From: Octopus vulgaris
Taxonomy: Eukaryota
Reading direction: 5' to 3'
NCBI GenBank assembly: GCA_951406725.2
Contig: OX597819.1
Coordinates: forward strand, 42,780,001-42,844,000
DNA length: 64,000 nucleotides
Shown: positions 52,333-64,000 of the stretch, piece after piece
Numbering within the stretch: the first letter of the stretch is position 1
Layout of the letters: every line of letters starts with the position of its first letter
Position numbers and translations under genes: made by a program
The notes under the pieces: generated by a model
What the model saw: only the letters and a program-made list of their open reading frames with translations
Told to the model about the DNA's origin: nothing
The model's database searches: none

Positions 52333-53198
52333 GTGCACAAGTGCATTTCTATATGTACAAAAAAATTAGACTGAGCTGCAGGTATGGATAGTGACACCAG
52401 TGCACAAGTGCATTTCTATATGTACAAAAAAATTAGACTGAGCTGCAGGTATGGATAGCGACACCAGTGCACAAGTGCATTTCTATATGTACAAAAAAAT
52501 TAGACTGAGCTGCAGGTATGGATAGTGACACCAGTGCACAAGTGCATTTCTATATGTACAAAAAAAATTAGATTGAGCTGCAGGTATGGATAGTGACACC
52601 AGTGCACAAGTGCTTTTCTATATGTACAAAAAAATTAGACTGAGCTGCAGGTATGGATAGTGACACCAGTGCACTTCTTATATGTACAAAAAAATTAGAC
52701 TGAGCAGCAGGTATGGATAGCGACACCAGTGCACAAGTGCATTTCTATATGTACAAAAAAATTAGACTGAGCTGCAGGTATGGATAGTGACACCAGTGCA
52801 CAAGTGCATTTCTATATATACCAAAAAATTAGACTGAGCTGCAGGTATGGATAGTGACACCAGTGCACAAGTGCTTTTCTATATATACAAAAAAATTAGA
52901 CTGAGCTGCAGGTATGGATAGCGACACCAGTGCACAAGTGCACTTCTTATATGTACAAAAAAATTAGACTGAGCAGCAGGTATGGATAGCGACACCAGTG
53001 CACAAGTGCATTTCTTTATGTACAAAAAAATTAGATTGAGCTGCAGGTATGGATAGTGACACCAGTGCACAAGTGCATTTCTATATGCACAAAAAAATTA
53101 GACTGAGCTGCAGGTATGGGTAGTGACACCAGTGCACAAGTGCATTTCTATATATACAAAAAAATTAGACTGAGCTGCAGGTATGGATAGTGACACCA
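52333..53198. repeat. 67-bp minisatellite, 13 copies
   Basis: Unit GTGCACAAGTGCATTTCTATATGTACAAAAAAATTAGACTGAGCTGCAGGTATGGATAGTGACACCA. Copies start at 52333, 52400, 52467, 52534 and so on. Confidence 0.97.
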
Positions 53199-53889
53199 TT
53201 TTTTGTGGTTAAGTTGTAACCAGTGAGGTTCAATGACATTTCCTGTCAACAAACTATCCACAAGTTCTGCGCTTTCAAATTACTCTAGAATTAAAAAAAT
53301 TCCCAACTTGAAAAACAGGTAAATGCTGGTGACAAGAAATGCATCCAACCATAAAAAAAATTTGTCTCAAAATTTACTCCAATCTAAGCCATGTCTAGCT
53401 ATGGAAAAAAACAACATTTCAAACAAATAATCACACACACCACTTCAATTGTATATGTGATATACATGCATGGAAAATGGTAGCTAAGGGATCATAAAGT
53501 CAACACAAGAATTTTTGATTTTAAAGCAAAAATATCCCCCATGGTCAAAAATGGTTTAAACAGAGTGATAATAGATAAACAAATTAGATTAAATAGATTA
53601 AAGAGAAACAAACCAAAAAAATGCTTGTTATAGTTTCTGTGGGGTACGTATACACATGCATATGCATATATGTATGCACTTATTGACATATATTTACATA
53701 AATAAATACATATGCATACACACGTATTGACCTCTACACACACACACACCTATATATGCTCCCCCTCTTTTTCTCTGTACATTGAAAGTGTATAAGGAAT
53801 GTGTATATATTCTTATGTAGTTCATTGTCACAGCTGAGGCTTCCAAATATTTAAATTAATTTCAATACTTCTGATTCATGCTATATTTT

Positions 53890-53924
<35 letters not shown>

Positions 53925-54929
53925 TATGTATGCATGTGCACATATATACATGAGCTTTTCTTTTGTGAAATAAAGACATTTACCTGTGATTCATAACATT
54001 CATTGGAATGGAAGTTTAATGCTGCATTATTAGCATATGGCATTGAAAATAATAATAACAATAATAATAAAATTCTAGAGGGTTCTTCTAATCAGTAGGC
54101 TATACAACACCTTTCCACTCTCCCACATACACACACACACACACAAGTGCGGAGTCAAATGAACAATTGAATGAATGAATGAATGAATGTATGTATGTAT
54201 GTATGTATAAGAAAAACAAGTGTGTGTAAGAAGAAAACAAATGTAAGAAGGGGTTTGTTTTTGGCTCTTTTTTTTTTTCCCCCTTCTTTCCTCAACTGCA
54301 GAAATCTCTCAAACTGTGTAGTAGTGTGCTTTAAAAAGAAGACTGGAACTAAAACTACAAGCCATTGGGGGGGGGTAGGTGGGTGAAGGGGGCTATTGTT
54401 GATAGGCCAGCAGAGAGGGTTAGGTAAACAGGTGCAAAACATCTCTCACAAACTGCTGCCACCATCACCACCACCACCACCACCATCATGTGTACACTCA
54501 AAACTGTTTCTGTACAAGATGACGATTGGAGGATGGGGGGTCAGGAGGCCGAGGAGGAGGAGAATGGAGGACGAGGAGAGTGAGAGGATGTAATATGTTG
54601 TTAGATCAATGAATGGTGGATTAAAGCCTCCTGCTGGATGACGGAAACAGCCAGCCACATCCTGTCTATAGACACAGTTCTACTAGTGTAAAGACCAGTC
54701 AAACACACTAGCACTTACTGTGAACCAGTCTGAGTAAATACAAATCCTTAGTTGAGATGTTTTGTCACTTAAACAAAATCCTAAAGAATGGAAAGTAGGT
54801 CTTTTAATAAAACAAGCTAGTTTGGTGTTGATTTTTTATTTTTGTCCTTGTTATTGTTGTTGTTTTGGTAGTGATGTATGTATTTATTTATTTTTTAGAC
54901 AGAAAATGGTTTTAGGTGATTAAATAGGC

Positions 54930-54963
<34 letters not shown>

Positions 54964-56636
54964 CTAAATAGAAATATAAAAGTTATCAACACACAAATAG
55001 AGTTAGCCGATTTCTATCACAATAGAAATGGCTGGCAGGTAATCTGTTGCCAAAGAGGTTTTACGGTGCAGTTTTACTATCTTAAATACTAGCTTGTTGC
55101 TTTCACCAGGGAGAGAGAACAAAAATAAAAATAAAAAATGAAAGAAGAAGAAAAGTAAACAAAAAGAACCCAATGGTCATATTAGTGCACTAGCTGCTAC
55201 AGTATACTAGCCTCCGAAACAACAATGATCACAACATGTTCCTCAACCCGATTGAAATCCTATAAATAGTGGCTTGACATAGGGCTTGAGAAAATAGATG
55301 TATTTAGAATTAACTTTCAATACACACACACATTATCATCATCATCTGTACATAAATAGTAATAACAAATACAACCAATAAGCTTACTTTCTATATTCCT
55401 TGAACAGAACTTAGATTATGGATGAAGTGGCATTTCCTTATTTTCAAGTCGTTATCCCAAAAAGCCACTTGTAATATTAGCTGAATAATTTGCTACTACA
55501 AGTAATTACTACGTTACTAATATGCAATTTAAGTCTGATGCAGCTAAAGATATTTTCAACATCCTCTTTTATTAACTGCCATTATTGCTAACTAAAATAC
55601 TTTGGTATTATTATGTATTCAGGTTTAAATAAACAAATGAATGTGTAGGGGAAGAAAAAAAAAATCAGAGTTCTTGCAAGCTTATATAAGAGGATATATT
55701 TCATCTGAGAACTTTGGTATGTAGCTGTAGCAAATTTTCTTTTTTGCTCTTTCTCTCTCTCTCTAACAGACATTTTGAGACCAATTTCTAATGTAATCTA
55801 AACAAGGAAATATTAACAGAGTGGATGGACATAAACAATTCTAATTTCCACAAGGATATAATAATTCCTTAGATTAACACAAAACCATTAATTTGTGTGT
55901 ATAAAGGTATCGGTGGTATTAGATTGAATTGACCCTTGTTCACATTCAGTTTTATTTTACAGAGACTGAGGAGCATAGATTTACAACACAAAATAGAACC
56001 ATTTCCCAAGACAAATGTGACACAGGCAGCAACCAACCTTGCTGGGGTGTATTGATCTCATATTGATCTCAATACTTATTTCAACCTGGCACTTATTTCC
56101 TCTTCAAATGGCTGGAACTTGAAGTGCTAACCCTTACGCACACACGCGCACACACACACTTGTTTGTTGCCATGTCAAAAGCACACAGTCCACTCTGTGG
56201 TTTGGCATTACAAAGGGCATCCAGCTGTAAAAGCCATACCAGAGCAGACAGAGGAATATGGTGCTGTCCCAGTCCTCTGGCTTATCAGCCCCTGCTAAAC
56301 CATCCAACCCATGTCAGCAACATGGAATATAGATATTAGATGATGATGATGATGATGATGATGATGGTTGTTGGGGTTGCGGTAGTGATGATGTTTATTT
56401 ATTTTAGCATGCTGGATGAAGATTCGTTTGAGGTAACATTTCATGGTGGGATGCTCTTCATGTCTACCAAACCCTACTTGTTTTACATGTAAGGGATATT
56501 TTGTTCCACTGGTTGTTGGCATTAGGTCATGATGTCAACAAGAAATGTAAACATTTGTCCACATATATATACACACACAGACATTATATATGATATAATA
56601 TGTGTGTGTGTGTGTGTGTGTGTGTATTCTTACATT

Positions 56637-57040
56637 CTTTTACTTGTTTCATTTATTTGACTGTGGCCATGCTAGAGCACTGCCTTTTTAGTCAAACAAA
56701 TTGACCTCAGGACTTATTCTTTGTAAGCCTAGCACATATTCTATCAGTCCTTATTGCTGAACTGCTAAGTTACAGAGACGTAAACACACCAACATCGGTT
56801 GTCAAGCGATTGTAGGGGTCAAACACAGGCACACAAATACATACACCACACACACACACATATAGAAATATACGATAGGCTTCTTGCAGTTTCCATCTAC
56901 CAAATCCACTCACAAGGCTTTGGTCAGCCTGAGGCTATAGTAGAAGACAGTTGCCCAAGGTGCAATGCAGTGGGACTGAACCTGGAACCAAGTGGGTGGT
57001 TGGGAACCAAGCTTCTTACCACACAGCCACTCCTGCACCT
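56637..57040 (-). mobile_element. Family A SINE
   Basis: Colinear with the family A consensus. Confidence 0.85.
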
Positions 57041-57565
57041 ATATATACATATATATATTAGTTAGACAAAAGCATAAGTTCCTGCACAGTTTCAAAACCA
57101 TGAGTTTGATATTCAGGAAAAATGGAAAGAGTAAATTGTTTCAGACACTGTCTTTCTTTGGAAAAGAATGTCGAGTAGAATAGTGAAGAGAAAAGACAAG
57201 GAAAAGCAAAAAATAAAAACACAAAAATAAATTAAATAAAAAAGCAATCAAAATGCTCCATCCAGTATAAGCAGTGTGTACAGTTGTGCCCCTTTATTTC
57301 AAAAGGTTAACAACACTTAGTCTTCCAATAAACAAAGATGATTAAAACACTAGACAGAAATAAGAACGAAGGGAGTGGGGGTGGGGAGCAATATGGGTGG
57401 CTAAAAACAGGTAAAAAAATAGAAAAAGAAAACCTTTGAAGGTAGTGGGCTATAGCACAGTCGCAGTTCAATGACTGTAGCCAGAAGAATGACAAGAGAA
57501 CAGCAAGTAAAAAAAAAAGAAATAGGAAGAAGCTAGTCCTGTGTCTGTTCAAGGTATATAGTATA

Positions 57566-57603
<38 letters not shown>

Positions 57604-57781
57604 TACACACACACATACATACACACACACACAGAGTAAAGCTATTAGGTTATGTTGTACAATCTGACTGATTCATATTAAACCATAATAGTGAATCTAA
57701 TTTTCAATTGAGCTATGTGTGACAAAACAGTTTCAAATGATTTGTTACTTTCACTCCTTAAGAAAGAGAAATGAGGAGAAA

Positions 57782-58201
57782 GGAGAGAGAGAGAGAGGCA
57801 GGTATGAAGAGGGAGAGAAAGAGAGAGAGAAAGAGGGAGAGAGAGGCAGGTATGAAGAGGGAGAGAAAGAGAGAGAGAGGCAGATATGAAGAGGGAGAGA
57901 AAGAGAGAGAGAGAGAGGCAGGTATGAAGAGGGAGAGAAAGAGAGAGAGAGGCAGGTATGAAGAGGGAAGAGAAAGGAGAGAGAGAGGCAGATATGAATA
58001 GAGAGAGAGGCAGGTATGAAGAGGGAAGAGAAAGAGAGAGAGAGAGGTAGGTATGAAGAGGGAAGAGAAAGGAGAGAGAGGCAGGTATGAAGAGGGAAGA
58101 GAAAGAGAGAGAGAGGTAGGTATGAAGAGGGAAGAGAAAGGAGAGAGAGAGGTAGGTATGAAGAGGGAGAGAAAGGAGAGAGAGAGGTAGGTATGAAGAG
58201 G

Positions 58202-58232
<31 letters not shown>

Positions 58233-58254
58233 GCAGGTATGAAGAGGGAGAGAA

Positions 58255-58295
<41 letters not shown>
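57782..58295. repeat. Purine-rich minisatellite, (GA)n-GGCAGGTATGAAGAGGGA, about 13 units of variable length
   Basis: A recurrent GG(C/T)AG(G/A)TATGAA core separated by GA runs. Confidence 0.92.
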
Positions 58296-58297
<2 letters not shown>

Positions 58298-59387
58298 AGC
58301 GAAAACTAATGAAAGGCTCTGAGTATGTGTGTCGATATTATGAAATGTGAGTGATGTATGCGCATATATGATGAGCATGTGTGAGAGTGTAAGGGCACGT
58401 TACATCAAGCCTGCACATTTGCATAGCTTTGTTTGCAGCATGTATGTATGATGTAATATCTGTGTATGTGAGTGAAGGTGTGCGCCTGTGTGTGCTTGTA
58501 TGTGCAAGTGCTTGATGGTTTTCAAACTGTGCCTGTGTGACAGAATGTGTTGCTGGTATGTCATTGTTTATGTGTGCATGTATATGTATGTATGTATGTA
58601 TGTGTGTTGTCTTCTGCACAGAGGTGTATGTATAAAAAGCTGCATGTGTAATATGTAATGTGTGTGTGTGTGTGTGTGTGTGTATGCATGTGTGCAAGCA
58701 AAAAAAAAAAAGTGTACAGTGAGGTGATAAATAAACAAATTACGTGGAATAAATAATTAAATGCAGATACTTTCTAAAGAAAAATAACGACAACAGCTAC
58801 AACAACAAGGAAGTTGACAAAACAAAACAAAAAAAGAAAGGAAAGGAAAAACAAAAACAAAAACAAGAAAAGGAAAGAAAGGTTTCTTTTCAAAGGCAAG
58901 TTATCAATGCAATAGTTTGGTGAGAGCAGACATGACATAGGTGATGGTGATAATAATGGTGGTGATGGTGTAGTGGTGCTAACGGAGGAGGGGGTGGAGA
59001 AGAGGATGAGAGGGAGGAGGAGGAGGGGGGTAAACATGGCATAACAAGTGTTAATTATTGTGGAAAATTTGACAATAGCAGAAAACAATCAACTGAGGTG
59101 TCACTGACAGATCCCCCCCTTCTGCTGCCGCCCTACCAAGTTGAAATTATTATCGGAAAATTTCTGTTCCTTCCTCTTTCTTTCTTTCTTTTTCTTTTTT
59201 TTCTTTCTTCGGGGTGAATGAAAATAAGCTTCAAGATACTTTGGTGGTAGATTGATGTGAAATAAACTGTTCCAAATTGTCAAGTTTTGGAGGAGATGTG
59301 AAAGAGGGAATTGTGCATACATATACGTGTGAGAGGGAGAGAGAGGAGGAAAGGAGGGGGAGAGAAATAGAGGGAGACAGACAGGAG

Positions 59388-59427
<40 letters not shown>

Positions 59428-62400
59428 AGAAAGCGAGATAGACAGACAGTAGATATAGATATATAGACAGACAGAAGAGAGAGAGAGAGAAAGAGAAAGC
59501 ATTTTTGAAATTTCACTTCTTTTGTTTTTTTGTGTTTTTTTTTGGGGGGAGGGGGTGTTTTGGAATTTCTTAATGACTTTGAAAAACCCAAGAAAATGAA
59601 AACAAGTATAGGTGAGTAATTGTATGGAGTGAAGGTTGGGAGAAAAGGAGGAGGAGGAGGAGGAAAGAGGTGAAGTACATAAAGAGGAAGAAAGACAGAG
59701 GATGAGAAAAAGTAAGAAAAGGGAGGCGGTAGGGGTGGTGGGAAGATGGGGGGGGGGGGAGAGACTTACGTGGAGATTCTCTTCATTGATACATCAGTTT
59801 CAAGAGAAGTCAACTAGATTACTTTGTATAAAACTCCATAAATAATACATTGCCCTCATTTTTTTTTTCCCCCTTTAGTTTCAATCTAATATTTAGAGCA
59901 CAAGCAGAGGAAAATAAAACCAAACAGAAGATCACCAAAATGTAATAAATAACAAGAAGCAAAGATTTCCCAATAATAATAATAATAATAATAAAATAAT
60001 AATAATGTTGATGATGATGAAAGCAGCATCAACAGCAATAAAAAGCCAAAAAAAAAAAACAAACCAACAAACAAACAAAAAAAAAGAAACATGTAAAATA
60101 GATATAAAACTCTACACTATGAATATACACAACTGAAAAATTGATTCCAAAGTCAACACTAAATAGATTGCTATATTAAAAAGTAGACAGAAAACCAGAA
60201 AAAAAAGAGAGAGAGACTTTACAAAAAATAAGCTCTAAACAGGAGAGGAATTATTCTGGAAATAATGACCAAGTAGAAGTTTATTGACAGATATTCCTGA
60301 CAGGTTCTTCATTGTCCACCAAAAAACAACCCCAACCCTCCCGGCAGCACCATCAGTAGTGTCACCATCACCACCAGCAATGCCAACATCAACACCATTC
60401 TCTCTCATCCATGAATCTAGCAATTCTGAAACTTCCATTGCCAAAAAAGAGAGAGGGAGAGGACAGAGGAACAAAAATGAAAACAAACACACACGTTTAA
60501 AGTGGGATGAAAGAAAAGTAAGAGCAATCGTGTTGAATGGTTTCGTCCAAGAAAATCAAAAGAGCCACCAACATAAAATGGTTTTTGTATGATGAAGTTT
60601 AGACATTAACACAAGGAGCTAATTAAGGCTTAACTTATATAAACAAATAGTTCTTTTGTTTGTTGTTTTCTTTCTACATAGCTATTTCTTTTTCTCTGCT
60701 TTATTTCAAAGAAACACCCTAAAATGTAAGTCCACCAACGCTTAGGAGGCGTTCAATGAAACAGAATTGACAATATATATTCTCTTTTTACAACAACGAT
60801 CTGATGAGTTTTGCCTGATTACTTAATTCAGGTGAAAATACCTGAAGTAGGATAGAAGGGAAAAGTAAACCCAGATAAAAAACCTTTAATGAATGATAGT
60901 AATTACTATCATTCTGTAGAATTCACAGGTTGATTGTTCCACCTGTTTTTCGACTGTTAGATAACAGCGGTCAACAATAGAACTCTAATTACCAAGGATT
61001 TCAAAAGATACGTGGGTTCACACAAACAAGAAATTACTTGAAAATCAGTTCAAACTTTTATTCAACACTATTTGTTGAATTACACTGCCTTTGTTTTGGT
61101 TAACTTAAAAAAATAATGAAGTGTTTAATAAAATAATTTTGTCATTAATAAATATAAATTAACATGAAATTTTGATGGAAAGTTTTAATTGACCATGGCT
61201 TGACTTGACTTCAACTCTTAAGCATCTAAAGCAGCCATAACCAGCTAGAATAATCTGTTTTATGTTCAAACTGCACAGATCTGGCTTCTCACACTTACCC
61301 TACAATATTATTCTATAAATAAGCAATCATATCATTGAAATATAAAAGCTACAAGGTAATGTATGACTAATTCATATCAATGTGAATAGATAAGCATTAC
61401 ATTTGACAGAGAAATCTGAATGTTAGAAGATTAAAGCCAGATGTTTGCATCATAGAACCAAGAGATAGTTTCAGGCAAGCTGGTAAATAAAAAAAAATGG
61501 GGGTCAAAGGAAACAAAATATATAGGAATGCTTCCAGTCAAGAAATTTATACTAATCTAATTCACTCACACACAAATAAAAATAAGGGGTATATTAATAT
61601 CGAAGAGTAAAGTTCCTATTATGAAACACCTATATAGTTTTAAAATACAGATTATAGAGTTTTAAACAAGGGGTGAATTGTTTTGTTGGGCACAGTGGCT
61701 TGTGATATTTGTTCTAGCTTTGTGCACTCTAGGTTCAAATCCAGCCAAGGTCAATTTTGCTTTTCATCCTTTTGAAAAACTTTCAGGGCCTGATAAAAGA
61801 GTACCAATTCAAAATGGTGAATGACATATTTAAAGTATGTTTTTTTCCCTTCTTTTTTGAATTTTAACAGCAACATCTGTAACAATACTGAGGGCATGCT
61901 GTTTTGGCCCTGATGGGGTAACCTTTTCCTTAGACAAGATTGGTGCCATGGAAAGGAGAGGCTGGCATGTATGGACAACTGCTAAACTTACTTAATACAC
62001 ACACACACACCCAAGTACATTTATGCATATTCATATGGTCAAGTCTAACTGATGGAGGTTCCTTGAGAATTAGACAAGCTATTGGAATTAGTTCTGAAAA
62101 ACAATATGAAACAAACTTAAAATGTTAGTTTAATTGAGACAGCTATTGTTCCAATTCATTTTGAAAATAATGAAGAATTTAGTAAAAATAGCTGTCAATA
62201 TTAAGCTGATGTTTGAAACATAAATTAACATGAAATTTTTATGGAAGGTTTTAATTTAAATCAACTTAAAATAAGAAGTTTATTTCATACAACTAGGTGT
62301 CGTTGCAAGCAGGCTGATATAGAAAAATTTACAGATGTTAAATAGTAGGGCGTTATACTAATTACCTAATTATCAATATCAACAACTCAACAACAAAAGG

Positions 62401-64000
62401 AAATGTAAATAAACATGAAAGAAAATATACACTATATATATATATATTCTTTTAAAAAATCACCTGAAGGCTTTAATTCAGTACTTAACCCCATTTGGAA
62501 ATGGTATTTATTTTAAGTAAGGTAAGATGACCCCTAGTTATATGATATATATATATATATACATACACATATCATTGTTATAAATGGAGCTGGATAACAA
62601 ACATTCACTATCTCAAAGCTTCCTATATGACCTTTTAAAGAACCAAAAGTTTATTAGGGAGAGATAGATAGATCTCTCCCTAATAAACAGATAGCTGGAG
62701 AGAGGGGGGGCTGGAGGGAGCAGGGAGGGAGAGAGAAATTAGAATCTTAACAGCAAGACAAGGTGAGACTGTCATCAGGCGGTGCTGCAACATAATTTGG
62801 ATGGTTCGTTTCCTATTGTAAAGGTGCGAAATTGTACAAACATGTAACTGCTGAACCTTAACATGGAGACAGGAGTGTAGAGATGAACAGAGAGGAGGAT
62901 AGGAAAGAGTAGAGAGAAGATGTTGAGACAGAGAGATAAAAAGAAAGAGAGGAGGAGGAAGATGAAACAAGAAGAAAAGAACCAAGAGAGCAGAGGGGAG
63001 GCTGGAGAACAGAGACAGAAGTGTTAAAAAAAACAAAAAACTAGACAATGAGACAGTGAATGTCAAGAAGACATTGATGGAGAATGAGAAGAAAGGAAGA
63101 AGGAGGTGATGGAGAGTAAGAGGGGAGGGAGGAAGGTTAGAGTGAGAGGGAGATCGAGAGAATGAAGCAAGAATATGAAAGAAAATGTGAGGGAGAGAGA
63201 GAGAGTTATATAGGGAATGAGTGAGGTTAGAAATGTTAAAGTGAAAGATATATAACAGGGAGAGAAGGGCTGTAGTGAGGAGATAAGGGCTGTCGTGAAG
63301 AGAGACAGACAGAGATGAGAGAGAGAGCATAAGTAAGCTGAGGGATATGAGTTCAATTCTGAAGTGAATCTAGGAATATAGATGGTTTCCAATGTCACTA
63401 CTTAGAAGGAATAATAGCAAAAGCTTGAAACCCGGAGACAAGTATGGAATAAACTTGAGAAATGGTAAAAAGGAGGAAGTTACAAATAGATCACCATTTT
63501 GTTTCTTTTTTTCCCCTACAAACATAAAGAGATCTTCATGCTGTTGCTGAACCTGTTAGAAATAGTAGCTAAATCTCTCTCAGATTCACATGCCATCATT
63601 TTAGAAAAATGGAAGGACACATTGGATATTGGAGTAACTAGAATAGAATAATTCCTGAAAAGATGGGATGGTCACAGCAAGAATGTCTTTGATTATGGGT
63701 CTGCTTGATCAGAACTGACTTGAGATTAAACAACAACAATAACATACATCGTTACATTGAAGAGGAGAGGTATATAGAAACGAGATAGAGATAGACAGAC
63801 AGATAGGTAGGTAGAGAGAAAGAGAGAGAGAAAGAGAAGGAATATTTCTTTTTCCCTTTAGAAGAGGAAGTTGGTGCGAAAACTGGGCAATAATGGCAGA
63901 ACAGTTTGAAGATGAAATAAATATTCACTTCAATGAATATATATCTATAAGGCTGTTTAAGTGTGTGTGTGTGTGTGTGTGTGTATGTCGGAGCGTATGT

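Noticed and set aside
52333-53198. CRISPR-like array
   Set aside because: Units are contiguous and near-identical with no unique spacers, there are no cas genes, and the context is a eukaryotic intron.
54446-54658. Extra TCF exon (DVAGCFRHPAGGFNPPF...)
   Set aside because: Weak acceptor, no donor before low-complexity sequence, and no similarity to TCF.
57758-58378. 206-aa Leu/Ser-rich ORF (and the 216-aa ORF at 62680-63330)
   Set aside because: Stop-free only because the strand is CT-rich low-complexity sequence; no domain signal.
60801-60850. Hammerhead ribozyme (CTGATGA...GAAA)
   Set aside because: Stem II does not close properly between the core motifs, and I found no convincing stem I or III.

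Overview
AT-rich, microsatellite- and SINE-dense eukaryotic genomic DNA; the repeat families point to an octopus genome (inference from recalled Octopus SINEs). The whole window appears to lie inside one large minus-strand gene, TCF/LEF (pangolin-like, the Wnt/beta-catenin effector). Three internal coding exons (48443-48323, 37641-37551, 26330-26124) have GT-AG sites and compatible phases. They splice in frame to GGKMSMVQPPLASLMMYNNDYSQPPPAHMGIPPVHIDPKTG|LPRPPMYGYPAPPGQFPHPIYGPDFPQVQW|QRPPGYP...GIPHPAIVTAGPKQE...DNH. I did not find the beta-catenin-binding or HMG-box exons, so they presumably lie outside the window. The rest is intron: several SINE families, a decayed mellifera-type mariner, two TTAA (piggyBac-type) MITE families, a hAT MITE, a nested non-autonomous Helitron, a CR1 3' fragment, two minisatellites and many microsatellites. 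Apart from the mariner remnant and the ORF overlapping the 48443-48323 exon, the ORF-track entries look spurious. The most interesting leads are: (1) a candidate micro-exon or mutually exclusive exon 62 nt upstream of the 91-nt exon that keeps frame in either mode; (2) a CpG-retaining island with ETS motifs in the intron before the HMG exons; (3) a pre-miRNA-like hairpin; (4) inverted SINEs bracketing the symmetric exon. I see no CRISPR or prokaryotic system. Repeat boundaries were set by eye and are approximate unless a TSD is quoted.
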